NCBI GenBank assembly: GCA_963826535.1
Contig: CAWGXL010000011.1
Coordinates: 642,080 to 706,079 of the forward strand
Direction: 5' to 3'
Length of the DNA: 64,000 nt
Source of the DNA: an uncultured bacterium
GTDB taxonomy: Bacteria > Patescibacteriota > Microgenomatia > Levybacterales > UBA12049
The notes under the pieces were generated by a model. The model did not search any database. It saw nothing but the letters and a program-made list of their open reading frames with translations, and was not told the origin of the DNA. The position numbers and the translations under genes were made by a program. This document shows, piece by piece, positions 39,256 through 48,853 of this stretch; position 1 is the first letter of the stretch; each line of letters opens with the position of its first letter.

Positions 39256-40482
39256 TTAATCTCCGTTTTGCACCGAGAGTTCCCTTAGGAATAAATTGTA
39301 ATCAGGACTGTTAACTATTCCATTATCCTCGATATCGGTGTTTGATGTAAAGGTGGTATGTGCTTTGCAAAAATTAGAGTTATAGATGGAATTCGGATCG
39401 GCAAGAGGCAGCGGATTTATCGCGCCATATCCACAGTCCAGCAATATGTTGTAGTCCAAGACGTTGAGCACATTGTCATCTTTTACATCACCGGCGACTA
39501 AGGTTGTTTTGGGAACCGGGTTTTCCTGGAGATTTTCTATGTTTACAATGCCGGGGGCTAATTTCCGTAGGTATCTGTCTGACTTCATTTTTATACTGTA
39601 ATTTCCGGTTGGGAAGTTTGGGCCAAGATCGATTTTGCCCTCAAAGTTGCCTTTGCCAGGGGTATAGGTTATTGAGCCGGTCAGGCTTTTTACTTCCTGG
39701 TTATTACTGTCTATTATGGTTATGGCAAGATTTCTTTGCGGATGGAGTGGGTTTTTGTTACTAAGGCTTGATCCTTGCGGATTGGGATTGTCTCCGGCTG
39801 AACCAACACCATGTAATAATAAGTCAAATTTGAGTATTGTTGTAGCTTGAGTTGGTCCCGGCGTAATTGCGGGTGTACCTGTTGGATTATTTGTGGGTGC
39901 AGGAGATCCGTTGGCGCTTCCGATATTTAAGTTTGCGGGCGTTGTGGTTGAAAGGATGTTTTCACCAGCTTGATCCGTGGCTCCAGCCGAGAGCACCTGA
40001 GTCAAGGTTGTAAATGTTATTTGAGTAGGTGTGCCATTTGTTGATCCAACAGCTTTGAAGTTTAGGGTGCCAAGTTTAGTGGTTGTTTGGATAGCTTTTG
40101 TGGGATCTCCTCCGATATTGACAGAGGCAGCCAGAGTATCGTTGGTCGTTACAGGGCCTTCTATTGTAACCGGGAACGCGCTGATGTTTGGGACGAAGGG
40201 ATTTGATTGTGTTAGTGAGATTTTCGATGGGTCGTATTTAACTTGAAACCTAACAAAACTTACTAAATTTGTTCCCGGGTTGACCATAATGTCAACTGAG
40301 AAGTTGTCGCCGATGCTTTTTTGAATTGGAGTAGTAGTCGTTGATGCCGGGGTAAATGAAAGAGTTGTCGACACATTTGCCCGGGTCCTGGTTTCTTGTT
40401 TGCGTTGGGTTAGTAATAAGGTAAGTGGAATACTTATGAGGACTATGGCTATTAAAACAAGGAGCAATATTTTTGTGTTCAT
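39256..40482 (-). CDS. Surface-array paralog: cohesin-like + dockerin-like
   Basis: N-terminal anchor; C-terminal [19 protein letters not shown]...[17 protein letters not shown]. Confidence 0.5.
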   Translation of the reverse strand: MNTKILLLVLIAIVLISIPLTLLLTQRKQETRTRANVSTTLSFTPASTTTTPIQKSIGDNFSVDIMVNPGTNLVSFVRFQVKYDPSKISLTQSNPFVPNISAFPVTIEGPVTTNDTLAASVNIGGDPTKAIQTTTKLGTLNFKAVGSTNGTPTQITFTTLTQVLSAGATDQAGENILSTTTPANLNIGSANGSPAPTNNPTGTPAITPGPTQATTILKFDLLLHGVGSAGDNPNPQGSSLSNKNPLHPQRNLAITIIDSNNQEVKSLTGSITYTPGKGNFEGKIDLGPNFPTGNYSIKMKSDRYLRKLAPGIVNIENLQENPVPKTTLVAGDVKDDNVLNVLDYNILLDCGYGAINPLPLADPNSIYNSNFCKAHTTFTSNTDIEDNGIVNSPDYNLFLRELSVQNGD

Positions 40483-40531
40483 GGACTATATTTTATCGTA
40501 TAAGAGAATAATTGTTGTGTCAAGAGCAGCA

Positions 40532-41362
40532 CTATTGAAAGATTACTGCGAGGACGATTATTATTCCGGGAATAATGAAGACCCAGGGGCTTATATTTGG
40601 GTAGTAGGGCATGGTTGGTGTAGGGTAGGCAGTAGGCGGGCTAATCTGAATTGCGCCGGCCGGTGGTGGCAAATCTTCTCCCGGCACTGTAGAGAAATTG
40701 ATTTCGTCAATGTATATAGGAGGCGGGGGATTGCCTTGTGTTCCTCCGTTGATATCTTTGAATATTATTCCGGTTATTGAGTTTCCAGGCACAGAAAAGG
40801 CGGATATGGGGATATTATATACATACCAGGCTGTGGTAACAGGTACGCCGCCGTATTGTTCCATTGGTACACCGCTCGTTGTAGTATCAGAAGTAGGTGG
40901 TACAGGTTGACCGCCTGCGTCTAATAAATGAATGCCAAACCGCATCCCGGGTCCACCTGCTTGAACATAGAATGTTAGGTAAGTATAAGATGATATATCG
41001 ATGGCTTGGGGCGAGGTAAGTGTCAATTCATCCCAGGGAGCAGTTATAGTATATGCGATCGAATTTGTCCCATTATATACAGGGGCTTGGTTATAGAGGT
41101 CATACGCTGTTGGTCCTCCGTATTTAATCCCTGCAGTCCAATTATTAGCCAGATTATCTAAGACATTGGCGTGAATGCCATAAACGGGTATAACTCCGGC
41201 AGGAACAACTTGAGCGTATTGTTGCATGTTTAAATGTTTTTGAGGTTCACTTAGAATAAGAGGAATGGTTACTAGAAGGGATAAGAAGAGGGCAAGTTTT
41301 AATGTCCTAGTTTTACCTCCATTCTTAATTTTATCAAATAAGTTTTCTATTTTCTTTGTCAC
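40532..41362 (-). CDS. Secreted protein with C-terminal TM anchor
   Basis: N-terminal signal; C-terminal WVFIIPGIIIVLAVIF. Confidence 0.4.
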   Translation of the reverse strand: MTKKIENLFDKIKNGGKTRTLKLALFLSLLVTIPLILSEPQKHLNMQQYAQVVPAGVIPVYGIHANVLDNLANNWTAGIKYGGPTAYDLYNQAPVYNGTNSIAYTITAPWDELTLTSPQAIDISSYTYLTFYVQAGGPGMRFGIHLLDAGGQPVPPTSDTTTSGVPMEQYGGVPVTTAWYVYNIPISAFSVPGNSITGIIFKDINGGTQGNPPPPIYIDEINFSTVPGEDLPPPAGAIQISPPTAYPTPTMPYYPNISPWVFIIPGIIIVLAVIFQ

Positions 41363-41461
41363 CTAATCTAGAATATTAGGGTTTGGGGTAATTGTCAATT
41401 GTTTATTGTTTTATGTTCTGATAAACTACGTTCAGTTACATGAAGGTAGTAAATTTCTTAT

Positions 41462-42031
41462 ATGGTTTTATCTGACCGAGATATTAAAAAATCCCTTACT
41501 GACAAGCGAATCATTATAAAGCCTTTCCCTGATCTTAAGACACAACTTGGATCCTGCTCTATTGACCTTCGGTTGGGAAATAAATTTCGGGTTTTCGAAT
41601 ACAGCCGATATACATTTATTGATCCTTTTAAAAAAGAAATTGGGTCTGAGGTGACGCGGGAGATACGCGTTCCCAATAAAGAGCCATTTATCATTCATCC
41701 GAGTGATTTCGTTTTGGCTGTGACTATTGAACATATTGAGGTGCCGGATGATTTGACAGGCAGGCTTGAGGGAAGATCGAGTATTGGAAGACTCGGAATT
41801 ATTATTCACTCGACGGCCGCAAATATTGAATGCGGTTTCCGGGGAAATATCACTCTTGAGATTGCAAATATGGGGAAGTTACCAGTTGCACTTTATCCTG
41901 GTATGCGAATTTGCTCGGTGTCATTTGAACAGTTGAGTAGTCCTGCAGAAACACCATACTATAAGAAGAAAGATGCCAAGTATATTGGACAAAAGGGCCC
42001 AAATGAAAGCAAAATGCATGAGGAGAAATAG
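41462..42031 (+). CDS. dcd: dCTP deaminase
   Basis: MVLSDRDIKK...SIDLRLGNKF... typical Dcd N-terminus and ~189 aa length. Confidence 0.8.
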   Translation: MVLSDRDIKKSLTDKRIIIKPFPDLKTQLGSCSIDLRLGNKFRVFEYSRYTFIDPFKKEIGSEVTREIRVPNKEPFIIHPSDFVLAVTIEHIEVPDDLTGRLEGRSSIGRLGIIIHSTAANIECGFRGNITLEIANMGKLPVALYPGMRICSVSFEQLSSPAETPYYKKKDAKYIGQKGPNESKMHEEK

Positions 42032-42097
42032 GTAGTATGTAGCATGTATTAAGTATTATGTATGGGACGAAAAGTTTTTCTACAAAATACATAATAC

Positions 42098-42793
42098 ATG
42101 ATACATAATACAAAACATATGAAGTATCATGTTGAGTTTGATATAGACTTTAAGAGAAATCCCTATAAGGGGTTATATGTTGTGCTTGAAGGGATAGACG
42201 GGAGCGGGAAGACAACACAGGTTGAGGAGCTTGTCAGGCATTTTAAGCAACAAGGACGTGAAGTGGTCAGAACCAGGGAGCCGCGTAAAGATGGAAGTAT
42301 GATCGGGGAGTTGGTACAGAAAATTTTGCATGGAAAAACTAAGATACCGCCGGTTGCATTTCAATATCTTTTTAGTGCAGACCGCGAGATGCATCACGCA
42401 GAGCTTGTTGTGCCGGCATTAAATGATGGAAAGATGGTTATTTCCGATCGTTGCTTTTGGTCAGCTATTCCATATGGCTTACTGGATAAAAAATCAGGGC
42501 TTGATGAGAATACAATAGAGTATATGCTAACAGCACAAAGTATTTTATCAATGTATCATCAATTTATTGTTCCTGATGTAACGGTATATTTGGATATTTC
42601 TCTTGGCGAAGCAGTACAGCGAATTAATAAAAGCGGCGGGAAGAGGGAGATTTATGAGGAGCGGGGGAAACTTGAGAAGATTATTAAGGGATATAAGTGG
42701 CTGTTAAATGAATTTCCGAAGGAGTTTGTAGTGATTGATGCTACGAAGTCGGTGGAGGTAGTAACGCGGCAGATAGTAGCAAGTATTAAGTAG
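42098..42793 (+). CDS. tmk: Thymidylate kinase
   Basis: P-loop VLEGIDGSGKTTQ and DRxxxS motif (SDRCFWS). Confidence 0.85.
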   Translation: MIHNTKHMKYHVEFDIDFKRNPYKGLYVVLEGIDGSGKTTQVEELVRHFKQQGREVVRTREPRKDGSMIGELVQKILHGKTKIPPVAFQYLFSADREMHHAELVVPALNDGKMVISDRCFWSAIPYGLLDKKSGLDENTIEYMLTAQSILSMYHQFIVPDVTVYLDISLGEAVQRINKSGGKREIYEERGKLEKIIKGYKWLLNEFPKEFVVIDATKSVEVVTRQIVASIK

Positions 42794-42867
42794 TATATAT
42801 TAAGTATTATGTATAAAGACAGAGGTTTACTACATAATACATGCTACTAGCTACATAATACAGGTTT

Positions 42868-43407
42868 ATGATATTGGGGCCGAAAATACTTTTAAAATTA
42901 GTTAAAGAACAGAAGCTCGTTGAGGGGTTGAGTGAGCGGGAGCTGACTAATCCTGAGGGGGCTGGGTTTGATTTACGGCTTGGTGAAGTATATCGAATAA
43001 ATGGGGAAGCATTTTTGGGTGAAATTACGAGAAAAACACCGGAGATCACGCTGGTAGAAAAGTATAAGGATGGTAAAGAGAGAAGTGTTACATTGAAGCC
43101 GGGAGATTTTTATTTGTTTAAAACAATTGAGAGTTTTAATACTCCGCAGGATATAACGATTAATTTTAAGCCGCGAACGACCACATTCCGGTCAGGGCTT
43201 TTTTTGCGTACAGGGAATGTTGCACCGGGATATAAGGGGCCGGTGACTTTTGGGATTAAGAATGAAGGACCATGTATAGTGAAGATCGAGATGGGTGCTA
43301 GATTCGTGCATGCGCAATTCGAGCAGGTAAAGGGTGGGGGAAGTTTGTACCGCGGACAGTGGCAAGGGGGAAGGGTTACTACTAGGAAGCGAGAGAAGCA
43401 GGTTTAA
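42868..43407 (+). CDS. Second dCTP deaminase/dUTPase-superfamily protein
   Basis: AGFDLRLGEVYRI motif of the Dcd/Dut jelly-roll family. Confidence 0.55.
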   Translation: MILGPKILLKLVKEQKLVEGLSERELTNPEGAGFDLRLGEVYRINGEAFLGEITRKTPEITLVEKYKDGKERSVTLKPGDFYLFKTIESFNTPQDITINFKPRTTTFRSGLFLRTGNVAPGYKGPVTFGIKNEGPCIVKIEMGARFVHAQFEQVKGGGSLYRGQWQGGRVTTRKREKQV

Positions 43408-43465
43408 ACTTTGAGTTGCTGAGTTTAATAAAATTTGTTAGAATGCACCTTATAATAAATAAAAT

Positions 43466-44023
43466 ATGGAGAGTAAAAATGGATCACATGTAACAATTGA
43501 TTTTGGATTGAGAAGTTACAATACTGTAGCTTTTATAACAGATTTACGTAGGTCTCTAAGTGAGAACGAAGATATGCCAGTTACAAATGGCGTAAAGCTC
43601 CCCAAAGAGATTGTATACGATAAGTTGAAGAAACTTCCTGTTGAATGGCAGGGAAGGGCAACCGAAGATATCCTTATTGTATTTAATCCGGCTCAAAATG
43701 ATCAAGATTTGGAGGATGAAGTTAATCCAGAACCATTTGAAATGGCTGCATTTAGTTATATGAGTGGAGTTGTTGAAGGGCCTAAAGCTGAACTTACTAG
43801 AGACGAACGTGCCATTAGAAGGCGTTTTTATAATACTAAAGAACCCACAATAGGTAACGGACACATTCCGAGAGTAGGATCTATTCGCTTTCGCTCAGAA
43901 CAGGCTGGAGTTAAGGAATCAAACCAAGCAGGGATGGCGACAATAGTTTTCAGCCTCAAATCGCACAGTAGTGGTGAGAGAGTTCTCCCATCAACTCCAC
44001 GCACAGCAGTTCAGTCGCGATGA
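43466..44023 (+). CDS. Hypothetical protein within the dTMP cluster
   Basis: ORF only. Confidence 0.35.
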   Translation: MESKNGSHVTIDFGLRSYNTVAFITDLRRSLSENEDMPVTNGVKLPKEIVYDKLKKLPVEWQGRATEDILIVFNPAQNDQDLEDEVNPEPFEMAAFSYMSGVVEGPKAELTRDERAIRRRFYNTKEPTIGNGHIPRVGSIRFRSEQAGVKESNQAGMATIVFSLKSHSSGERVLPSTPRTAVQSR

Positions 44024-44150
44024 AAGTGAGTTAAATGTGTAAATTAGCTCGGTACCTCTAGTAGATGATTCTCATTCTTTATAAGTATAAAAATAACTGA
44101 TATAGTTTTATCTATTGTAAAATCTTCTTAATTCAACTAAAAATGACTTA

Positions 44151-45185
44151 ATGAAAACACAGCAGAATCATGAGGAATATCAATATCTTAAACTTCTGCA
44201 GGAGATTTTGGATAAAGGGTCAGATAAGCCTTTATTTTTTACTCCGGAAGTTTTGGAGCAGTATAAGAAAAAAGGAAAGAAGCCTCCATTTATACGTTCT
44301 GTATTTGGGCGGCAGATGCGTTTTGATCTGGCGAATAGTTTTCCACTTCTAACTACAAAAAAAGTATTTACCAGGGGTATTTTTGTTGAGCTATTGTGGT
44401 TTCTTAGTGGTTCCTCAAATATTAAGTATTTGGTTGATAACAATGTTCATATATGGGATGAGTGGGCGTATAAGCGCTTTTACAAAGCGCTAAGTTCAAA
44501 GTTAAAAGTTAAAAGTTCAAAGTTTACAATTGAAGAAAAAAATATAAATAATCAAACAGAATTTATCGAACATTTGAAAGAATTACCGCAAGAGTCGGAT
44601 TTCGTCAAAGAGTGGGGGGATTTGATTACTATTTATGGGAGAATGTGGAGAAGGTGGCCGGCGAGTGATGGGCGGGAAATTGACCAGTTGGGGTGGGTAA
44701 TTAAGGGGCTCAAAGATAAGCCTTATAGAAAATCGTATGTTGTTTCAGCATGGAATCCGGATTTTATTTATGCAATGGCGAGTCGCGGTAATGCAAATGA
44801 AGTGCCGCCTTTTTGTCATACGACTTATCAATTTGCCGTGGTTGATGGGAAGTTAAATCTAGGTATGTATCAACGCAGTGGAGATTTGTTCCTCGGAGTG
44901 CCTTTTAATATTGCCAGTTATTCGCTCCTCCTTCGTATGGTTTCGCAGGTTACAGGTATTCCTGCGGGTGAGTTTGTTCATTTTTTTGGCGATGTTCATC
45001 TTTATTCAAATCATTTCGACGCAGTGAAAGAACAATTGTCGCGTACTCCACGTCCTTTTCCAACTTTGAAACTCAATACAAAGATAAAAAATATAGACGA
45101 TTTCAAACTTGAAGATTTTACGGTTGAGCAATACGATCCCCATCCGCCTATAAGAGCAGAGATAGCAAATATTGGTGGCTTTTGA
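44151..45185 (+). CDS. thyA: Thymidylate synthase (ThyA, long L. casei-type with ~50-aa insert)
   Basis: RMWRRWPASDGREIDQL, PPFCHTTYQF (catalytic Cys-His) and QRSGDLFLGVPFNIASYSLL, strongly similar to E. coli ThyA. Confidence 0.85.
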   Translation: MKTQQNHEEYQYLKLLQEILDKGSDKPLFFTPEVLEQYKKKGKKPPFIRSVFGRQMRFDLANSFPLLTTKKVFTRGIFVELLWFLSGSSNIKYLVDNNVHIWDEWAYKRFYKALSSKLKVKSSKFTIEEKNINNQTEFIEHLKELPQESDFVKEWGDLITIYGRMWRRWPASDGREIDQLGWVIKGLKDKPYRKSYVVSAWNPDFIYAMASRGNANEVPPFCHTTYQFAVVDGKLNLGMYQRSGDLFLGVPFNIASYSLLLRMVSQVTGIPAGEFVHFFGDVHLYSNHFDAVKEQLSRTPRPFPTLKLNTKIKNIDDFKLEDFTVEQYDPHPPIRAEIANIGGF

Positions 45186-45218
45186 TTTGTATTATGTAGC
45201 TTGTAGTATGTATTATGT

Positions 45219-45593
45219 ATGAATACGAAGATCAAATCTTTTACTGATTTACATGCATGGCAGGAGGGACATGGGTTGGTTTTAAAAATATATAAACTGA
45301 CAAAAACATTTCCAGCAGAGGAACGTTTTGGTTTGACTAATCAAATAAGAAGATGTGCAGTTTCAGTAACTAGTAATATAGCGGAAGGCTTTTCGCGTAA
45401 AAGCAAGAATGAGAAATCTCAATTTTTGTATATTGCGTTAGGTTCTGTAACAGAATTACAAAACCAATTAGTGATTGCAAGAGATATTGAATATTTAAAT
45501 AAAGAGGAGTTCAATATGGTGGCTGAAGCGACAGTTGTTGTAAGTAAATTGATAAATGGTTTAATAAAAAGTTCAAAGATGCTTACTACTTAA
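45219..45593 (+). CDS. Four-helix-bundle protein (23S rRNA intervening-sequence protein family)
   Basis: ...RRCAVSVTSNIAEGFSRKS... signature. Confidence 0.7.
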   Translation: MNTKIKSFTDLHAWQEGHGLVLKIYKLTKTFPAEERFGLTNQIRRCAVSVTSNIAEGFSRKSKNEKSQFLYIALGSVTELQNQLVIARDIEYLNKEEFNMVAEATVVVSKLINGLIKSSKMLTT

Positions 45594-45671
45594 TACATGA
45601 TACATAATACAAAGGTTTCTGTCATTGCCGCGATGTATGAGAAGCAGGGAATTGAGTGTTGAGTTATTTCT

Positions 45672-46298
45672 ATGAAGATCAGTGCGATTGCGGTTATTTC
45701 AAAGAATAGGGCGCTGGGGAAAGATAATGCGCTTATATTTCACGTCCCGGGAGATTTGCCGCGGTTTAAGAAAATAACACAAGGACACCCAGTAATAATG
45801 GGAAGAAAGACTTTTGAGTCAAAGGAGATAAATAAACGGCCGCTTCCAAATAGATTAAATATTGTGGTGACAAGAGACCTGGGTTATACGGCTGAGGGGG
45901 TTGTTGTGCGTCATTCGGTTGAAGAAGCATTGGATGTTGCGAATAAAGATTTACTTTTTCCCCATGACGGGACTAGCTTCTCTGAAGCGTCGTCCCACGA
46001 CGGGTCCAGCACCACAGGGGGACTACCCACTTCGAGGGGTCGTATCCCATTAACTTCTCCCAAATTAAATACACCTGGGAATTATAATGATGAAGAAATT
46101 TTTATACTCGGGGGAGGTCAGATTTATCAAGCGGCATGGCCGTATATTGAAAAACTTTATTTGACTGTTGTTGAAACAGAGGCCGTGGGAGATACTTTTT
46201 TTCCGGATTATTCAGAATTTTCGAAAGTTGTTTTTAAGGAAGAGCATGATAGCGGGGGATATAGATATACTTTTTTGGAATTGGAAAAGGAAAAGTGA
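45672..46298 (+). CDS. folA: Dihydrofolate reductase with a ~35-aa in-frame insertion
   Basis: ISAIAVISKNRALGKDNALIFHVPGDLPRFKKITQGHPVIMGRKTFES matches the DHFR N-terminus. A GC-rich insert is encoded at ~45955..46060. Confidence 0.8.
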   Translation: MKISAIAVISKNRALGKDNALIFHVPGDLPRFKKITQGHPVIMGRKTFESKEINKRPLPNRLNIVVTRDLGYTAEGVVVRHSVEEALDVANKDLLFPHDGTSFSEASSHDGSSTTGGLPTSRGRIPLTSPKLNTPGNYNDEEIFILGGGQIYQAAWPYIEKLYLTVVETEAVGDTFFPDYSEFSKVVFKEEHDSGGYRYTFLELEKEK

Positions 46299-46570
46299 AA
46301 AATAAAACAAAAATCGTTTTTACCAAACACGCAAAGGGAAGATTTATTGATTTTAAAAAGCAAGGCTTAGAGTTTACCAAGAGGCAAGTCATTAAAACGA
46401 TTGAGAGTCCTGATCATATAGATAAAGTATCAGATGCGCCAAAGATAATTATTTCAAAAGTAATTGATAAATTTCATGTCTTGCGAGTTGTTTTCAAGGT
46501 TGTAGATGGTATAATAACAGTGATTACTTTTTACCCTGCAAAAAGAGGGAGATATTATGAAGATAATTAA
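46295..46570 (+). CDS. DUF4258-like small protein (putative toxin)
   Basis: ...ITVITFYPAKRGRYY C-terminus; overlaps the downstream partner gene. Confidence 0.5.
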   Translation: MKNKTKIVFTKHAKGRFIDFKKQGLEFTKRQVIKTIESPDHIDKVSDAPKIIISKVIDKFHVLRVVFKVVDGIITVITFYPAKRGRYYEDN

Positions 46571-46808
46571 ACAAAATAAAAATAATCGGCATCCGAAATT
46601 CGTTTATGAAAAAGAGGATGATGTGCTGAATATTTGGTTGGCGGAAGGGAAAATTGATTTCGCGGAGCAAAAAGGGGATGTTATTGTGCATTTTTCCAAA
46701 GATAATGAACCTATTTATATAGAGATTCTTGATGCATCAAATTTTCTTAAAAGAGAAGCGGAAGATCTGCCAAAAGAAATAAAACAAAAATACTTCTCGG
46801 CCTCTTAA
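46557..46808 (+). CDS. DUF2283-like small protein (putative antitoxin)
   Basis: YEKEDDVLNIWLAEGK...IYIEILDAS matches the YDxExDxLYI...IEILDAS family pattern. Confidence 0.6.
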   Translation: MKIIKQNKNNRHPKFVYEKEDDVLNIWLAEGKIDFAEQKGDVIVHFSKDNEPIYIEILDASNFLKREAEDLPKEIKQKYFSAS

Positions 46809-46832
46809 TTTATTTTTGATTTTTGATGGGCT

Positions 46833-47420
46833 TTGTGCTATTATCTGTGCGATATGAGCAGCCAGGGAAAAGAACTGGGAGGTCAAGCGGAAAAGGTTGT
46901 GCAAGAGCCGTTTATAATAAGAGGACACCATCTCGAAATATATAAGGAATTGATTAAATGGGATCAGTCTGGGAATGATGTCACAAGCTGGTTGGCAAGG
47001 AGTGTTAGGCGAAATAATGAACGGATGGGAGCGTTTTATAAAATGGATATAGTGGCAGACATAGTGGGCCGTAACGAAACTGATGCAGATGCATATGAAA
47101 AGAGATTAGGAGGAGTGCTTCAGAGGTTTAAAGGCTTGCCCGACGGCGATCGTGTTCATATTCTTCAAAGAAGCGATGATATATGTAGAGCATGCATTAG
47201 TGGAAAGCATTGTGGATATTATCGCATTGCACGTGCTGATTCTTCTTATATGAGAGAGTTTATTGAGGAAGCAAATGAATTAGGATTAGAAAGCGATATC
47301 CAAAGAACTCTGGAGGATGTGGATTTTACTGATGAGCATACAAAGTCTGTAATGAGGATTGAGACATCTGCGGGAACAGTAAAGCGAGTATTAAAGCAAC
47401 AATTAAAAAACTACTATTGA
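46833..47420 (+). CDS. Hypothetical protein
   Basis: ORF; Cys-rich CRACISGKHCGYY segment. Confidence 0.35.
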   Translation: MCYYLCDMSSQGKELGGQAEKVVQEPFIIRGHHLEIYKELIKWDQSGNDVTSWLARSVRRNNERMGAFYKMDIVADIVGRNETDADAYEKRLGGVLQRFKGLPDGDRVHILQRSDDICRACISGKHCGYYRIARADSSYMREFIEEANELGLESDIQRTLEDVDFTDEHTKSVMRIETSAGTVKRVLKQQLKNYY

Positions 47421-47527
47421 AGAAATCCTTCCTAGCCTCCTTTAATAAAGGGGCAGTTCTATTTTTTAGTGAACTTTACAAAAATTAGATATTGCAAAAG
47501 CGGGGTTTTGATTGTATAGTAGAGAAA

Positions 47528-48853
47528 ATGAAGAACCTCAAGAAAACGGATCCTCAGATTTATGAATTAATTCAGCTTGAAGAGAAGCGGCAGAAGGAGG
47601 TGCTGGAGATGATACCTTCGGAGAATTATACTTCGCGGGCGGTGATGGAGGCGTTGGGGACTGTGCTGACTAATAAATATTCGGAAGGATTTCCGGGGCG
47701 CAGATATTATCAGGGGAATGCGGTTGCGGATAAAGTTGAATTACTTGCTCAGGAGCGCGCTAAAAAGTTATTTGGTGTTCCTTATGTGAATGTGCAGGCT
47801 TTATCGGGTTCTCCGGCAAATTCTGCTGTGTATTTTGCTACTTTGGAGAATGGAGAGAAACTCATGGGTTTGTCCCTTGCTTATGGCGGGCATATTACAC
47901 ATGGGCATAAGTTGGGATTATCGGGAAGACTTTTTTCTTTTGCGCATTATACATTGGATGAAAAAAAGGTAATACTTGATTATGATGAGATTGAGAAGCA
48001 GGTGATGAAGGAAAAGCCAAAATTGTTAATTTGCGGCTTTACGGCTTATCCACGGAAAATTGATTTTAAACGTTTTGGGGAGATTGCCGATAAAGCAGGT
48101 GCATATCTTATGGCTGATATTTCTCATATAACGGGCCTCATCATTGCCGGTGTTCATCCCAGTCCGGTGCCTTATGCTCATATTATTACTACAACAACAC
48201 ATAAAACTTTTCGAGGACCGCGCGGAGCAATGATTATGGTGACGGAAAAAGGCTTAAAGAAAAATCCTGAATTGCCCAAAAAGATTGAGACGGCGATAAT
48301 CCCTGGTCTGCAAGGCGGTCCTCATGATAATCAGACAGCTGCGATTGCGGTCGCGTTGAAGGAAGCATCAACAGCAGCATTTAAAAAATATGGTGAGCAA
48401 ATTGTCAAAAATGCTAAGGTGCTCGCCGAACATCTGAAAAAGTATGGTTTTGATTTGGTATCAGGAGGCAGTGAAAATCATCTCATTCTCATTGATCTGC
48501 GTAATAAAAAAGTCAATGGTCGAGTTGCGGCAATTGCTTTGGAGGCAGCAGGAATAGTGCTTAATTATAATGGTGTGCCTGGGGATACAATGCCTCCTCT
48601 TTATGCCTCCGGTATTAGATTGGGTACTCCTGCCATAACAACGCGAGGTATGAAAGAGGGGGAGATGAGGAAAATTGCCAAGTGGTATAACGATGCTATA
48701 GAGGAGGTAAGAGGTTGGAATATTCCAAAGGATGATAGGGAAAAGCGGGTTAGATTGATGAAAGAGTACAGGGTAAAAATTGCCCGGAACCGGAAACTTG
48801 CTGCTATTGCCCGGGAAGTTAAATCATTATGTAAGAAATTCCCCGTGCCCTAA
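47528..48853 (+). CDS. glyA: Serine hydroxymethyltransferase
   Basis: MIPSENYTSRAVMEALGTVLTNKYSEG and PLP-lysine motif TTTTHKTFRGPRG. Start taken at ATG 47528. Confidence 0.9.
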   Translation: MKNLKKTDPQIYELIQLEEKRQKEVLEMIPSENYTSRAVMEALGTVLTNKYSEGFPGRRYYQGNAVADKVELLAQERAKKLFGVPYVNVQALSGSPANSAVYFATLENGEKLMGLSLAYGGHITHGHKLGLSGRLFSFAHYTLDEKKVILDYDEIEKQVMKEKPKLLICGFTAYPRKIDFKRFGEIADKAGAYLMADISHITGLIIAGVHPSPVPYAHIITTTTHKTFRGPRGAMIMVTEKGLKKNPELPKKIETAIIPGLQGGPHDNQTAAIAVALKEASTAAFKKYGEQIVKNAKVLAEHLKKYGFDLVSGGSENHLILIDLRNKKVNGRVAAIALEAAGIVLNYNGVPGDTMPPLYASGIRLGTPAITTRGMKEGEMRKIAKWYNDAIEEVRGWNIPKDDREKRVRLMKEYRVKIARNRKLAAIAREVKSLCKKFPVP

